Virus record (IMG/VR): IMGVR_UViG_3300037424_000181
Span: 1 to 44,768 of that record
Source of the DNA: a virus
Lineage: Duplodnaviria; Caudoviricetes
Length of the DNA stretch: 44,768 nt
Strand: one strand, 5' to 3'
Both the position numbers and the translations under genes were made by a program. Below the pieces are notes generated by a model that made no database searches, was not told the DNA's origin, and saw only the letters and a list, made by a program, of their open reading frames with translations. Shown piece after piece: positions 33,958 through 44,544 of this stretch; position 1 is the first letter of the stretch, and each line of letters starts with the position of its first letter.

Positions 33958-36662
33958 GCGATGTAATTGGCAAAGGCGTTATCGAAGTCTCCGCAGACTC
34001 ACGCAAGCTAACTGCTGGCATTGACGAGGCGAAGCGCTCGCTCAAATCGCTGGGCATTGCTGCGGGTGACGCCACCAAGGGCCAGAGAGCATCCATTGAC
34101 AAGTACATCAAGTCACTTGGTCAGATGGCCGTCACATCGGGCAAGACCGGGCGCGAGCTGGAGCTTTACAAATTGGCCCTGCGCGGCGCCTCTGCCGAGC
34201 AACTGAAGGCCGCAGACTCTGCCTTGCGCATGGCAGAAGGCTATGCCAAGGGCGAGCGCATTGGTGCCGCCATCAAGACCGGGTTGCTGACGCTGGGCGC
34301 CGTCGCCGCTACCGGCTTGATCGCCGCCTATGTGGCCTTTGACAAGCTCAATAAGAAGGCCGGCGACTTTCAGGACATGGCCGAGAAGGTGGGCGACACC
34401 GCGCAAAATATCGCCTCCCTGGCAGTAGCGGCGGGAACGGCTGGCACCGGCATGGAGACGGTCGTCAGCGCCAGCGCCAAACTGACCAAGGGCCTGACGG
34501 GTGTCGATGACGAATCGAAGGCAGCCGGCTCTGCGATTGCGGCGCTGGGCCTGAGCATCAAGGACTTCAAGGCGCTGGCCCCGGCCGATCAAATGGAGGC
34601 CGTCGCCAAGGCACTGGCCGGCTTCAAGGATGGCGCCGAGAAAACCGCTGTCGCCATGGCTTTGTTTGGCAAGTCGGGCGCGGACCTGTTGCCCTTCCTG
34701 AAAGAACTGGGCGCCGAGGGTGGCCGCCAAGTCATCCTGACGCAAACACAGATCGAACAGGCCGACGCCTATTCAGACAAGCAGGCCAAGCTGCGTACCG
34801 AGTTGGGGCTGCACGCGCAGGCCATTTCCACGCAGATGATCCCGGCTTACAACGCCTTCACCGAAGCGCTGATTGAGACTGCCAAAGAAGCTCTTGGCAT
34901 GCGCAACGGGATCAAGGGTATCGCCGACGACAACTCAATCAAGGAATTTGCGCAAGACGGCGCGCTGCTGTTGGCGAACCTGGCCGATGTGGCCTATGAC
35001 GTGGCCGGCGCATTCCGCTTCGTCGGCAACAACCTGGGCGCCATGGCAGCCATTGCCGCTGCGAATCTTCGGCTGGACTTCGCCGGTGCCCGCGCCATTG
35101 GGCAAGCCTCAGATGAGCAGAACGAAAAAATCTTGAAGGGCTTGGGTCTGGCTGACAAGGTGCAAGCGCGTATCGACGCGATGAACTCCAGGAACACCAT
35201 CGGCGCCTACACTTCCAGGTCTACGCGTGATGCCAAAGACGCCAAGCCGACATTGAATTTCAACGGCGCCCAAAGCAAGGGCGGCAAAGGCGGCGCCGGT
35301 GGCGGCGAGGCCAGGTCGCAACTGGTCGCTGACCTGTCGGGCATCAAGGCCGCTTCCGACGCGCTGACCAACACCTACGGCAATGCGCAGAAGATCATGG
35401 AGGCCATGCGCTCCGCTGGCCTGGTGGACGAGCGCGATTATTACGCATCAAAACTGGCCTTCCTGAATCTCAATAACCAGGCGCAGGAAGATGCGCTCAA
35501 GCAAGAGATTGACCGCCGGGGCAAAGAAAAGCTCAGCGGCAAAGACAAGCTCGACAACCTGCGCAAGATCACCGAGGCGCAGGCCAAGCTCGACAAGCTG
35601 CGCGAGAATTCGGCCACCAGCCTGCAATTGCTGTCAATCCAGGAAGAGGCTGCAACCAAGAAGCTGGCGCAGTATTACCGCGACGCCGAAGCCGCTGCGC
35701 AGGATTACCTGGACACCATCAGCAAGGCGCAGCAGCGCGATTTATCCGGTATGGGTGTTGGGAATCAGGAGCGTGACCGAACCTCGGGCCGGGCCCAGAT
35801 CGAGGACAAATATTCCAATCAGCGCAAAGACCTTGAAAAGAGCCGCCGCGATGCCGAACTGAACGGCACCTTTGGCACCGATGCGCAAAAGAAGTACGAC
35901 GACGAACTCGACCGCATCCGGCGTTTTCAGGCGAAAGCGCTGAGCGAGTACGACACCTATTTTTCCGAGCGGATGAAAAAGGAGTCTGACTGGTCAATCG
36001 GCGCCAGCGAGGCCATGGCCAATTACATGAGCGAGTCGCACAACATCGCCAAACAGTCAGAAAAGGTGTGGACTGATGCTTTCCAGGGCATGGAAGACGC
36101 GCTGGTAAGCTTCGTGCAGACCGTAAAGCTTGATTTCCAAAGTCTGGCTAATTCGATTGTGGCCGACATCACCCGCATCATCATCAAGCAGCAGATCAGC
36201 AATGCATTGGGCATGGCAACCGGGGGGGGTAGTGGATCGAGCGGCGGCGGTTTTCTGACCAGCATCATAGGCGCTGCAGCTGGTTACTTTGGAGGAACCG
36301 GGGCGCAGGCCTCTGTCGCAAGCTCCATGGGTGGCGACTCGCTCGACAACATGCTCAAGCTGACCAAGAACTTTTCTGGCCGTGCCATCGGCGGCCCAGT
36401 ATCAGCGGGTGGTCTGTATCGTGTGAATGAGAGCCGACCTGAGTTACTCCAAGTCGCCGGTAAGCAGTACCTGATGATGGGCAACCAAGGCGGCACGGTG
36501 GACGCCAATAAAGATTCTGGCAACGGCTCCAGCGGACAAAGCATGGTTCTCAATCAGACCGTGAATTTCGTCAATAGCGGTCCGGTGGATCGCCGCACGC
36601 AAGCGCAAGTCGGTGCCGCCGCCTACAGTGCAGGCGCGCGCCTGACCGCGAGGAACAGCTGA
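33954..36662 (+). CDS. Tape measure protein
   Basis: Long Ala-rich helical protein; lambda-type C-terminal region; RAIGGPV...YRVNESRPE; ATG 33954 by ATGA coupling. Confidence 0.93.
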   Translation: MSDVIGKGVIEVSADSRKLTAGIDEAKRSLKSLGIAAGDATKGQRASIDKYIKSLGQMAVTSGKTGRELELYKLALRGASAEQLKAADSALRMAEGYAKGERIGAAIKTGLLTLGAVAATGLIAAYVAFDKLNKKAGDFQDMAEKVGDTAQNIASLAVAAGTAGTGMETVVSASAKLTKGLTGVDDESKAAGSAIAALGLSIKDFKALAPADQMEAVAKALAGFKDGAEKTAVAMALFGKSGADLLPFLKELGAEGGRQVILTQTQIEQADAYSDKQAKLRTELGLHAQAISTQMIPAYNAFTEALIETAKEALGMRNGIKGIADDNSIKEFAQDGALLLANLADVAYDVAGAFRFVGNNLGAMAAIAAANLRLDFAGARAIGQASDEQNEKILKGLGLADKVQARIDAMNSRNTIGAYTSRSTRDAKDAKPTLNFNGAQSKGGKGGAGGGEARSQLVADLSGIKAASDALTNTYGNAQKIMEAMRSAGLVDERDYYASKLAFLNLNNQAQEDALKQEIDRRGKEKLSGKDKLDNLRKITEAQAKLDKLRENSATSLQLLSIQEEAATKKLAQYYRDAEAAAQDYLDTISKAQQRDLSGMGVGNQERDRTSGRAQIEDKYSNQRKDLEKSRRDAELNGTFGTDAQKKYDDELDRIRRFQAKALSEYDTYFSERMKKESDWSIGASEAMANYMSESHNIAKQSEKVWTDAFQGMEDALVSFVQTVKLDFQSLANSIVADITRIIIKQQISNALGMATGGGSGSSGGGFLTSIIGAAAGYFGGTGAQASVASSMGGDSLDNMLKLTKNFSGRAIGGPVSAGGLYRVNESRPELLQVAGKQYLMMGNQGGTVDANKDSGNGSSGQSMVLNQTVNFVNSGPVDRRTQAQVGAAAYSAGARLTARNS

Positions 36663-37585
36663 TGCCGATCACCATTTACAACGACGTCATCATGCCGAAT
36701 TCCGTACTTTCGGCTGGCGTGCGCGGCAAGCAGATACGCAACAACACGCGCACCGAGGCGCAGAACGGAGGTATCAACGTCAATATCAACTGGAGCAAGA
36801 CGCTGCGCCAGTACGAGTTGGGAACCGTGCCCATGTTGCTGACCGCTTGGCAGGCCATCGAGGGCCTGCACGAAGTCACCGACGGCGGCGCCTACGGTTT
36901 TCTGATGGAAGACCCCAAGGATCACAATGTAGCGACAGGCGAGGGTCTTCTTTACCCCTATACCACGGACCTGATCGGTACCAACGGCCTGGGCTACGGC
37001 CTGCCCACCTACAAGCTGCATAAGCGTTACACCTCGGTCGGCTCCAGCCGATCCAAGGACAGAGCCATCACGCGCCCACATTCACCGATCGTGCTCAAGC
37101 GCGATGCCAGCACGGTGACAATTGGATCATCGGCGGGAAATGCGGCGGTCAACTACGACACCGGCACCGTCACCTTTGTGGCCGATATCTCGGAGGCTGT
37201 CAGTAGCGTCACGGTCGGCGCCAGCACGGTCTTGAACTTTGCCGACGGCCTGGGCATCGTCGCCGCCATGTCGGTGGGCCAGCGCGTCTACCTGACCGGC
37301 ATTGCCGGCACCGCCGCCACCATCCTCAACAGTCTGAGCCACGCCATCAGCGCCAAGGGAGCCGCCAGCCTGACTATCAGCACCGTCACCACCGGCCTGA
37401 CAGCAACGGGCGGCACGGCCAATAAATACCCGCAAGCCAGCGAGGCCCTGACCTGGACCGGCAAGTTTTATGTCCCAGTGCATTTCGAGTCCGACACCAT
37501 CGACTGGGAATTGCTCATCGCCGGTTACGCCGACGCCCGCTATTTGGCCGGGCCCAGCGTTGTTTTGAACGAGGTGCGCGAATGA
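36662..37585 (+). CDS. Distal tail protein (DUF2460, GTA-like) with an inserted domain
   Basis: NINWS..LRQY, GFLMEDPKD, LHKRY, RAITRP, TWTGKFYVPVHF. Confidence 0.8.
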   Translation: MPITIYNDVIMPNSVLSAGVRGKQIRNNTRTEAQNGGINVNINWSKTLRQYELGTVPMLLTAWQAIEGLHEVTDGGAYGFLMEDPKDHNVATGEGLLYPYTTDLIGTNGLGYGLPTYKLHKRYTSVGSSRSKDRAITRPHSPIVLKRDASTVTIGSSAGNAAVNYDTGTVTFVADISEAVSSVTVGASTVLNFADGLGIVAAMSVGQRVYLTGIAGTAATILNSLSHAISAKGAASLTISTVTTGLTATGGTANKYPQASEALTWTGKFYVPVHFESDTIDWELLIAGYADARYLAGPSVVLNEVRE

Positions 37586-38679
37586 AGACCGGCATCAGCG
37601 CCGCTTTATTGGCGCACTACGCGCAGGGCACCACCAGCCTTTGTACCTGCTGGAAAGTCACGCGCACCGATGAGGTGGTATTGGGCTACACCGACCTGGA
37701 CCGGGACGTGACTTTCGAGGGCGTCACTTACTTGGCCAGCAGCGGCTTTTCGCCATCAAATTTCGAGAGTCAGTCCCGGCTCGCGGTGGACAACCTGGAA
37801 GCCGTCGGTGTGCTGGACAGCGAGAGTTTGACGGTAGAAGACCTGGCGGCCGGTGTCTGGGACTTTGCATTAGTCGAGGTGTTTCGCGTCAACTGGCGCG
37901 ACCTGACCATGGGCCGGGACCTCCCGATGAGCGGCCGCCTGGGTGCAGTCGATCAATCACGCAACACCTTTAAGGCGGAATTGCGCGGCCTGACCAACGC
38001 TTACGCCCAAACCGCCGGCAGCGTGTGCCAACCCGCCTGCCGCGCCACCTTGGGCGATGCGCGCTGCCAAGTGAACCTGGCGCCCTTTACCGTCACCGGT
38101 ACGCTGGAATCAGTCTCGGACGATGGCATCGTGCTCACCGACTCCACCCGCACCGAGCCCGGCCCCGCCGGTGGAAAGGCCATCACCGGCATCAGCCAGG
38201 CCACCCTGCCGGTGGTCACTTGCACCGCGCATGGCTTCGTCGCCGGGCAGATCGTCTACATCGCTGGCGTCATCGGCATGCTGGCCATCAACGGCCAGTT
38301 CTACGTCGTCAAGACCGTGCCCAATGTCAACAGCTTCACGCTGGCCGGAGTTGACACAACCAATTTTGTTCCCTACGCATCGGGCGGCACCGCGACACCG
38401 CAGGGCGATGCCGGCTATTTCGATTACGGCAAGTTGACCATGACCACCGGTAGCAGCACCGGCCTGAGCGCCGAGGTCAAGGCCTATTCGCCCGGCACCA
38501 TCACGCTGCAGTTGCAGCTGCCACGCGGCGCGCAAGCGGGCGATGAATACACGTTGGTGGCCGGTTGCGGCAAGCGCTTCACTGAAGACTGTGTAGTCCG
38601 GTTCTCCAACGGCATCAACTTTCGCGGCGAGCCGCATCTGCCTGGCATGGATCAAGTATTGAGAGTGGGTGGTGCGTGA
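37582..38679 (+). CDS. Baseplate hub protein (DUF2163/BR0599, GTA-like) with an inserted domain
   Basis: CWKVTRTD..LGYTDLD; CRATLGDARC; GCGKRFTEDC..RFSNGINFRGEPHLPG. Confidence 0.88.
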   Translation: MKTGISAALLAHYAQGTTSLCTCWKVTRTDEVVLGYTDLDRDVTFEGVTYLASSGFSPSNFESQSRLAVDNLEAVGVLDSESLTVEDLAAGVWDFALVEVFRVNWRDLTMGRDLPMSGRLGAVDQSRNTFKAELRGLTNAYAQTAGSVCQPACRATLGDARCQVNLAPFTVTGTLESVSDDGIVLTDSTRTEPGPAGGKAITGISQATLPVVTCTAHGFVAGQIVYIAGVIGMLAINGQFYVVKTVPNVNSFTLAGVDTTNFVPYASGGTATPQGDAGYFDYGKLTMTTGSSTGLSAEVKAYSPGTITLQLQLPRGAQAGDEYTLVAGCGKRFTEDCVVRFSNGINFRGEPHLPGMDQVLRVGGA

Positions 38680-39080
38680 TGGTGACAAGGCAGAACATCG
38701 TAGACGAGGCGCGCACCTATCTGAACGTGCGCTGGCATCACCAGGGCCGCAACATGGCCGGTGTCGATTGCCTGGGGTTGGTAATCCTGGTGGCACATCA
38801 ATTGGGTTTGACCGACTTTGACACGGCTGATTACGGCCGCATTCCGGATGGCCAGCGCCTGCGCGCCGGCTTGACTGAACACATGGATGTGACTCGAACT
38901 CATCAACCCGGTGACGTGCTGCTGATGCGCTTTGAGCAACACCCGCAACATGTGGCCATCGTCACCGACCGGGGAATCATCCACGCCTACGCCCAGGTGC
39001 GCAAGGTGGTGGAGCACCGGCTGGATTCCGTCTGGTCAAGCCGCATCGTGGCCGCCTACAGTTTCAATGGTATTGCGTAA
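38676..39080 (+). CDS. NlpC/P60 tail-tip peptidase
   Basis: ARTYLNVRWHHQGR..GVDCLGLV; PGDVLLM; HVAI; IIHA. Confidence 0.92.
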   Translation: MMVTRQNIVDEARTYLNVRWHHQGRNMAGVDCLGLVILVAHQLGLTDFDTADYGRIPDGQRLRAGLTEHMDVTRTHQPGDVLLMRFEQHPQHVAIVTDRGIIHAYAQVRKVVEHRLDSVWSSRIVAAYSFNGIA

Positions 39081-42000
39081 TGGCCAATCTTGTTTTAGGT
39101 GTTGCTGGTGCCGCTGTCGGATTTATGGTTGGCGGGCCGATGGGCGCTCAGATGGGTTTCATGGCGGGATCAGCCGTGGGCGGTGCATTATTCCCGCCCA
39201 AAGGCCAGGACGGACCGCGCCTGAACGACCTAGCGGTCCAGGTGAGCAGCTACGGCCAGCCGATCACGCGCCTGTGGGGTACGCACCGCATTGCCGGTAA
39301 CGTCATCTGGTCAACCGATTTGGTAGAGCATGAAGCAGAGCAAGGCGGCAAGGGAGGGTCCAGCTACAGCACCTTCAGTTACACCAGTTCATTTGCCGTC
39401 TACCTGTGCGAAGGAGAGATCGATGGCGTGCGCCGCATCTGGGCCGATGGCAAGCTGATCTATGACATCAGCACGACCAATCTTGGCAATCAGATCGGCT
39501 TCACGGCCTCCAGCTTCGTGGTCTACCACGGCACCGAAGCTCAGGTCGAAGACCCAACGATTCAGGCACACATCGGAGACACCCCTGCCTACCGAGGCAT
39601 GGCCTATTGCGTGTTCGCGGATTTGCAGTTGGAGAAATTCGGCAACCGCATCCCGAATCTGACCTTTGAGGTGGTGAAGGATGGTGTGGTGGGGCAGCGT
39701 GCGGCGACTACTTTTGGTGAGCACTACATTGCTGGCGGTGGCACCTCCGAATTCGAGTGCGACATAAATTTTTCGGGCACCGAGTTGTGGGTCAGCACGA
39801 TGTCGGGGCACCCGGACGAGGATTACGAGGCGCTCGCCGTGCCGATGATCAAGTCCTATGACCCCTACACGCATGCGCTCTTGTATCAATATGAAGTCCC
39901 GATGGAGCGGATAGAGGTTGATTTCGGGTGGGTTGAGTGCTATCCGATAGGCGGCTATGGCATTTGCTACGGCGATTATTACTTTGTCGGGCGCGGCGCG
40001 CCTGGGCCGGCTCGCTTGGGAGCAGAGGTCTTTTGCGGTGGCGGCGTCAGTTGCGGCAACCCAAACCCCTATATCCACGCCACGGTGGTGGGGCCGGCCC
40101 ATTCGATTTTTTACATCAACGATTCCGAGTCAAGCGGCCAGTTCCAGAATGCGTTTTACTGGCCAAGCGTGCCGGTGCGTTCAGGCTTCGAGCCGCAAGT
40201 TGACGGCAGCATCCTGACCGGCCACTGGGTGGGCATGGCCAGCGGCAACGGTATCGTCTCTGAATTCGGCGTGAACTTCAAGCAGACCTACAAGAGCATG
40301 GGTGGCGGCTATAGCCAAATGCCGGAAGGCCGCAGTCATTGTCAATGCGATTACTATTCACCAGCGGACGTATTCTCAGGATTTTCAATTAAAACGCCAG
40401 GCTGGGCTTTTAAAGCCGTTGCGTGCCGCCCCGAGCTGACGGCAATCCTGGGCTACCAAGATACCAATCACTTCTACCTGTCCATGGGCACCGAAGCTGA
40501 TGATGTCACCGTCATCGCCGGCAGCGGAGTCACCATGCCGGCCGCCTGCTGGGATGAGGTGCGGCAGGTATTGTGGTTGTTCGGCGGCGAGGACTACAAC
40601 ACCCTTTACGCTAACGGCGTCATCACGGATTTTGTTTTCCCGCCTATTTTCAGTGGAACACAAAATACCTGGGTCAAGGGCATGACGATTGACCAGCGCA
40701 CCGGGATGCTGCGCTTGCTGGTCGGTGGCGGCTTGGATTACCCGGTCCATTTGGTGCTGCTCAACCCGGATCAATCCATTGATCCAGTCACCGGCTTGCT
40801 GCTACCGATGGAGATTGTCGAGACGCAAGAATTGACGATCCATGTCGCATCCACGAACGGGAAACTGTGGGACTTCCCGACGCAGGGCAAGGTCATCTAT
40901 GCCAATGGCTACTACCTTTACGACATCCCCTATGGCCACACGCTGGCCCCGGCCCCGGTGCTCTTGTCGCTGATCGTGACCGAGATTTCCGCCGAAGTCG
41001 GCTTGACACCGGAACAGATCGACGTGACCGAGTTGACCGACCTGGTGTGGGGCTTCGTCATCGCCCGGCAAGGCGCGGCCCGCAGCGCCATTGAACAATT
41101 GATGATGGCCTTCTCGTTCGACGCGGTTGAGTCTGAAGGCAAGGTCAAGTTCGTGAAGCGCGGCAAGCCGCCCTGCGTCACGCTGACCGAGGACGATCTG
41201 GCGGTGCACGACTACGGCCAGGCAACGCCGACGGCGCTCCCCCTGACGCGCGCCGACGAGGCCGAATTGCCGCGCAATGTCACCATCAAATACACCGACC
41301 TCGACACCGATTACATGACTGGCGCGCAAAGCGCATCGCGTCAAACCGGGCGGGCGCTGGCCGAGATGACGGTCGAGATGCCGGTAGCGCTGAGCAGTGC
41401 ATCTGCCAAGGCGATTGCCGACTACGCGCTGTATTCGGCCTGGGTGGCGCGTACAACAACCAAGTGGAGCACCTCGCTGGCCTTTGCCAAGTACGAACCG
41501 ACCGACATTGTGTCGATCGACGGCAACCCGATCCGCATCAGCAAGCGCAGCCAGCAAAACAACATCCTGACCTTCGAAGGCACGTTTGATTCCGGCACCA
41601 TCCTGACGGCCGGCGCGGTGGCTGGCACGGCAGAGGGCCAGGCCAGCCAGACCATCGCGCTGCCGGTCAAGACCCTGCTGGCGCTGCTGAATGTACCGAT
41701 GCTGCGTGACCAGGACGAGGATGCCGGCTTCTACGCCGCAGCCTGCGGACTGAGTACACCATGGGCTGGCTGCCTGCTTGTGAAAAGTGCTGACGATGGC
41801 GCCAGCTTTTCCAGCGTCACCTCACTGCTCAGCGCGGCGACGATGGGCATCGCCAGCGCATTGGAAGACTTCACGCCCAACATGTTCGATGAGTTCAACA
41901 CCTTCACGGTGCGGCTTTTCAGCGGCTCGCTGTCGTCAGCGACGGAACTCGCGGTGCTGAATGGCGCCAATGTGGCGGTGCTGGGTGGCGAGATCCTGCA

Positions 42001-42583
42001 ATTCAAAACCGCAACCCTGGGGCTGGATGGCAATTACACCATCTCGGGCCTGCTGCGTGGCCGCAATGGCAGCCTTACCAGCGGCCACGGTGGCGGCGAA
42101 ACCTTTGTGCTGGTGTCGTCGTCAACATTGGAACGCATCCCGGCCGCGACGGCTGAAATCGGCCTATCCCGGCTCTACAAGGGTGTGACGCTGGGCACCA
42201 GTTACGCCTCGGCCGATAACGTGGATTTCGCCACCACCGCTCAGGCGCTGGAATGCGTGTCACCCGTACACCTCGGGGCGGGTCGCGATGCATCCGACAA
42301 CCTCACCATCATCTGGCAACGCCGCACGCGCAAGGGTGGCGAGTGGCGCGACAACGTGGACGCATCCCTAGGCGAAGACGCCGAGGCCTACGAGATCGAC
42401 GTGTTCGAGGACGACACCTATGCCGTCGTGTTGCGCACCATCACAGCCACCGCCACGACCGCCAACTACACCGCAGCGGAACAAACGACGGACTTCGGCT
42501 CGGCCCAGTCCACGGTCTACGTCCGCATCTACCAAATCAGCGCCGCCGTCGGTCGCGGCGCGCCACTCGAAGGGGGTATTTAA
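39080..42583 (+). CDS. Central tail-tip protein (GTA megatron / gpJ-like)
   Basis: SSYGQPI..LWGTHRIAGNVIW; RIWADGKL; PAYRGMAY; FGNRIPNLTFEV; LLRGRNG; WQRRTR. Confidence 0.9.
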   Translation: MANLVLGVAGAAVGFMVGGPMGAQMGFMAGSAVGGALFPPKGQDGPRLNDLAVQVSSYGQPITRLWGTHRIAGNVIWSTDLVEHEAEQGGKGGSSYSTFSYTSSFAVYLCEGEIDGVRRIWADGKLIYDISTTNLGNQIGFTASSFVVYHGTEAQVEDPTIQAHIGDTPAYRGMAYCVFADLQLEKFGNRIPNLTFEVVKDGVVGQRAATTFGEHYIAGGGTSEFECDINFSGTELWVSTMSGHPDEDYEALAVPMIKSYDPYTHALLYQYEVPMERIEVDFGWVECYPIGGYGICYGDYYFVGRGAPGPARLGAEVFCGGGVSCGNPNPYIHATVVGPAHSIFYINDSESSGQFQNAFYWPSVPVRSGFEPQVDGSILTGHWVGMASGNGIVSEFGVNFKQTYKSMGGGYSQMPEGRSHCQCDYYSPADVFSGFSIKTPGWAFKAVACRPELTAILGYQDTNHFYLSMGTEADDVTVIAGSGVTMPAACWDEVRQVLWLFGGEDYNTLYANGVITDFVFPPIFSGTQNTWVKGMTIDQRTGMLRLLVGGGLDYPVHLVLLNPDQSIDPVTGLLLPMEIVETQELTIHVASTNGKLWDFPTQGKVIYANGYYLYDIPYGHTLAPAPVLLSLIVTEISAEVGLTPEQIDVTELTDLVWGFVIARQGAARSAIEQLMMAFSFDAVESEGKVKFVKRGKPPCVTLTEDDLAVHDYGQATPTALPLTRADEAELPRNVTIKYTDLDTDYMTGAQSASRQTGRALAEMTVEMPVALSSASAKAIADYALYSAWVARTTTKWSTSLAFAKYEPTDIVSIDGNPIRISKRSQQNNILTFEGTFDSGTILTAGAVAGTAEGQASQTIALPVKTLLALLNVPMLRDQDEDAGFYAAACGLSTPWAGCLLVKSADDGASFSSVTSLLSAATMGIASALEDFTPNMFDEFNTFTVRLFSGSLSSATELAVLNGANVAVLGGEILQFKTATLGLDGNYTISGLLRGRNGSLTSGHGGGETFVLVSSSTLERIPAATAEIGLSRLYKGVTLGTSYASADNVDFATTAQALECVSPVHLGAGRDASDNLTIIWQRRTRKGGEWRDNVDASLGEDAEAYEIDVFEDDTYAVVLRTITATATTANYTAAEQTTDFGSAQSTVYVRIYQISAAVGRGAPLEGGI

Positions 42584-43491
42584 TGTCCGGCAGCACCACC
42601 AATCTAGACCTGATTGCCACGTCACAGGCGCAAAAAGAGGTCACGGCGAACGCCTTGTTTGATGCGGCAAGCGCATCCATGATGCTCGGCCGGCGCGCCA
42701 GCACCTGTTCAGCCTTGACCTGGGGTTATTACGGCGGCGGCATGATAGTTTCCGGCGTACCGACCGTAATTGCCAATGGCACGGTGGCGCTCACCGCCAG
42801 CAGTACCAATTATGTCGAGGCCGACGGCAACGGCGTGGTAACAGCGAACGTGATCGACTTCACGGTTGGGGCCTACCCGCTGTATAAGGTCGTGACCGGT
42901 TCCGCCACTGTGACAAGCTACATTGATTACCGCATTTCCTATGCTGTGTTCACCGGCAACGGCACCGTCACCAGTGTGGCGGCCTCGGTGCCAGCTGAAT
43001 TCGCCGTAGCCGGCTCACCCATCACGGCGGCGGGAACGCTGGCTATCACCAAGGCGGTGCAGAACGCTAATAAAGTATGGGCTGGGCCAACGACCGGTGC
43101 CGACGCGGAGCCTGTGTTTCGTGCGCTGGTGCAAGCCGACCTACCAGCGCAGCCCTTCGACGTGCACGCCTTCTATCCAGGCATTCCAACTGCATCGGCC
43201 ATCGTGGTCCGGGTGCCGGTAGCGCGTGCCGTCGGTTTCGTGGCGGACTTTGTTGGCAGTTACGGCAAGGCCAGCGCAGCCGCCACAGCCAGCATGGCGT
43301 TTGACGTGCAGAAAAACGGCAGCAGCATTGGCACGATCACCTTTGCCGCAGCCGCGTCCACCGCCACATTCACCACCGCCGCAGGCGCGGCACAAACGCT
43401 GGCGGCGGGTGACGTGCTTTCAATCATCGCCCCGGCTACGCCGGATGCAACCCTCGCAGACCCCGGCTTTGTGCTGGCTGGAACACGTTAA
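42583..43491 (+). CDS. Tail fibre protein (DUF2793-like N-terminus)
   Basis: TTNLDLIATSQAQKEVTANAL; GTVTSVA...GSPITAAGTL; ATG 42583 overlaps the upstream TAA. Confidence 0.78.
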   Translation: MSGSTTNLDLIATSQAQKEVTANALFDAASASMMLGRRASTCSALTWGYYGGGMIVSGVPTVIANGTVALTASSTNYVEADGNGVVTANVIDFTVGAYPLYKVVTGSATVTSYIDYRISYAVFTGNGTVTSVAASVPAEFAVAGSPITAAGTLAITKAVQNANKVWAGPTTGADAEPVFRALVQADLPAQPFDVHAFYPGIPTASAIVVRVPVARAVGFVADFVGSYGKASAAATASMAFDVQKNGSSIGTITFAAAASTATFTTAAGAAQTLAAGDVLSIIAPATPDATLADPGFVLAGTR

Positions 43492-43503
43492 GGAGAAATA
43501 CAA

Positions 43504-44544
43504 ATGGCACTCTTGTTTATGGATGGTTTTGACCACTATGCGACGACTGATATTGCGAAGAAAGGGTGGTCAGTCGGTGGCGGTGCAGTGGCTATAGCCT
43601 CAAGCAGTGGAAGGCGTGGTGGCGGGGCATTGGCCGCGCCAAATAATAGCAGTTCAGGTTGCATCACTCGCACGATGCCCGCATCTGGGAGCTGGATCAT
43701 CGGAGGCAGTTTCGCACTGGTTGGTGGATCAATATCTAGCGCTCCGCTGTTCTCTTTGCTTGATGCCGGGACCGCGCAATGTGAGTTGCGCCTGAATAGT
43801 GACATGACATTGAGCGTCACACGTAACGGCACCGCGGTGACAAACGGTACGTCAGCCATGTCTCTTGTGCTAACCACGACTTACTTTCTTGAATGGAAAG
43901 TCACAATCGCCGACTCTATTTCAGCGGCGAGTTGCAAGGTCAGAGTGAACGGTGCTGACTGGATCACTGTTGCGACCGGACAGGATTTGAAGAACACGGC
44001 GAACGCATCAGCCAGCCAAGTGCGCATTGGGCCTGCCTCATCTGTGGGTTCCGGGATCACAGCCTATTACGATGACTTCTACATCTGTGATAGCTCAGGC
44101 TCCACCAACAATGACTTCCTTGGTGATATACGCATCGACACCATCTACCCGACCAGCGACGGCAACTATAGCCAGTTCACGCCCAGCACTGGCACGTCTC
44201 ACTTCGCACTGGTCGATGAAGCAACGCCCAACACCACCGACTACAACGACGGCTCAACGGTCGGCGATTACGACAGTTATGGGCTGGGAAACCTCGCGGC
44301 GCTGACCTCGCAGACGGTCTATGGCGTACAGGTCAATGCAGCGATCATGAAAGACGATGCGGGGGCCAAGAGTGCGGCGATGATGGTCCGATCCAGCACT
44401 ACAAATTCAGACGGCGCATCAGCCTCCTTGGGCACGTCTCAGGTGTATGTCTCGCAGGTGTATGAAACCGATCCGAACGGCTCTATTGCCTGGACTGAAA
44501 CCAGCGTCAACGCGATGGAAGCCGGGGTCAAGGTGACGGCATGA
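43504..44544 (+). CDS. Ser/Thr-rich putative tail/receptor-binding protein (LamG-like beta sandwich)
   Basis: AAGGAG RBS; MALLFMDGFDHY; YFLEWKV..KVRVNG; YYDDFYICD...NNDFLGD. Confidence 0.7.
   Translation: MALLFMDGFDHYATTDIAKKGWSVGGGAVAIASSSGRRGGGALAAPNNSSSGCITRTMPASGSWIIGGSFALVGGSISSAPLFSLLDAGTAQCELRLNSDMTLSVTRNGTAVTNGTSAMSLVLTTTYFLEWKVTIADSISAASCKVRVNGADWITVATGQDLKNTANASASQVRIGPASSVGSGITAYYDDFYICDSSGSTNNDFLGDIRIDTIYPTSDGNYSQFTPSTGTSHFALVDEATPNTTDYNDGSTVGDYDSYGLGNLAALTSQTVYGVQVNAAIMKDDAGAKSAAMMVRSSTTNSDGASASLGTSQVYVSQVYETDPNGSIAWTETSVNAMEAGVKVTA

Noticed and set aside
36662-43491. Gene transfer agent
   Set aside because: The tail tip is GTA-like, but the element has its own immunity, replication and cos/HNH packaging genes and a long tape measure
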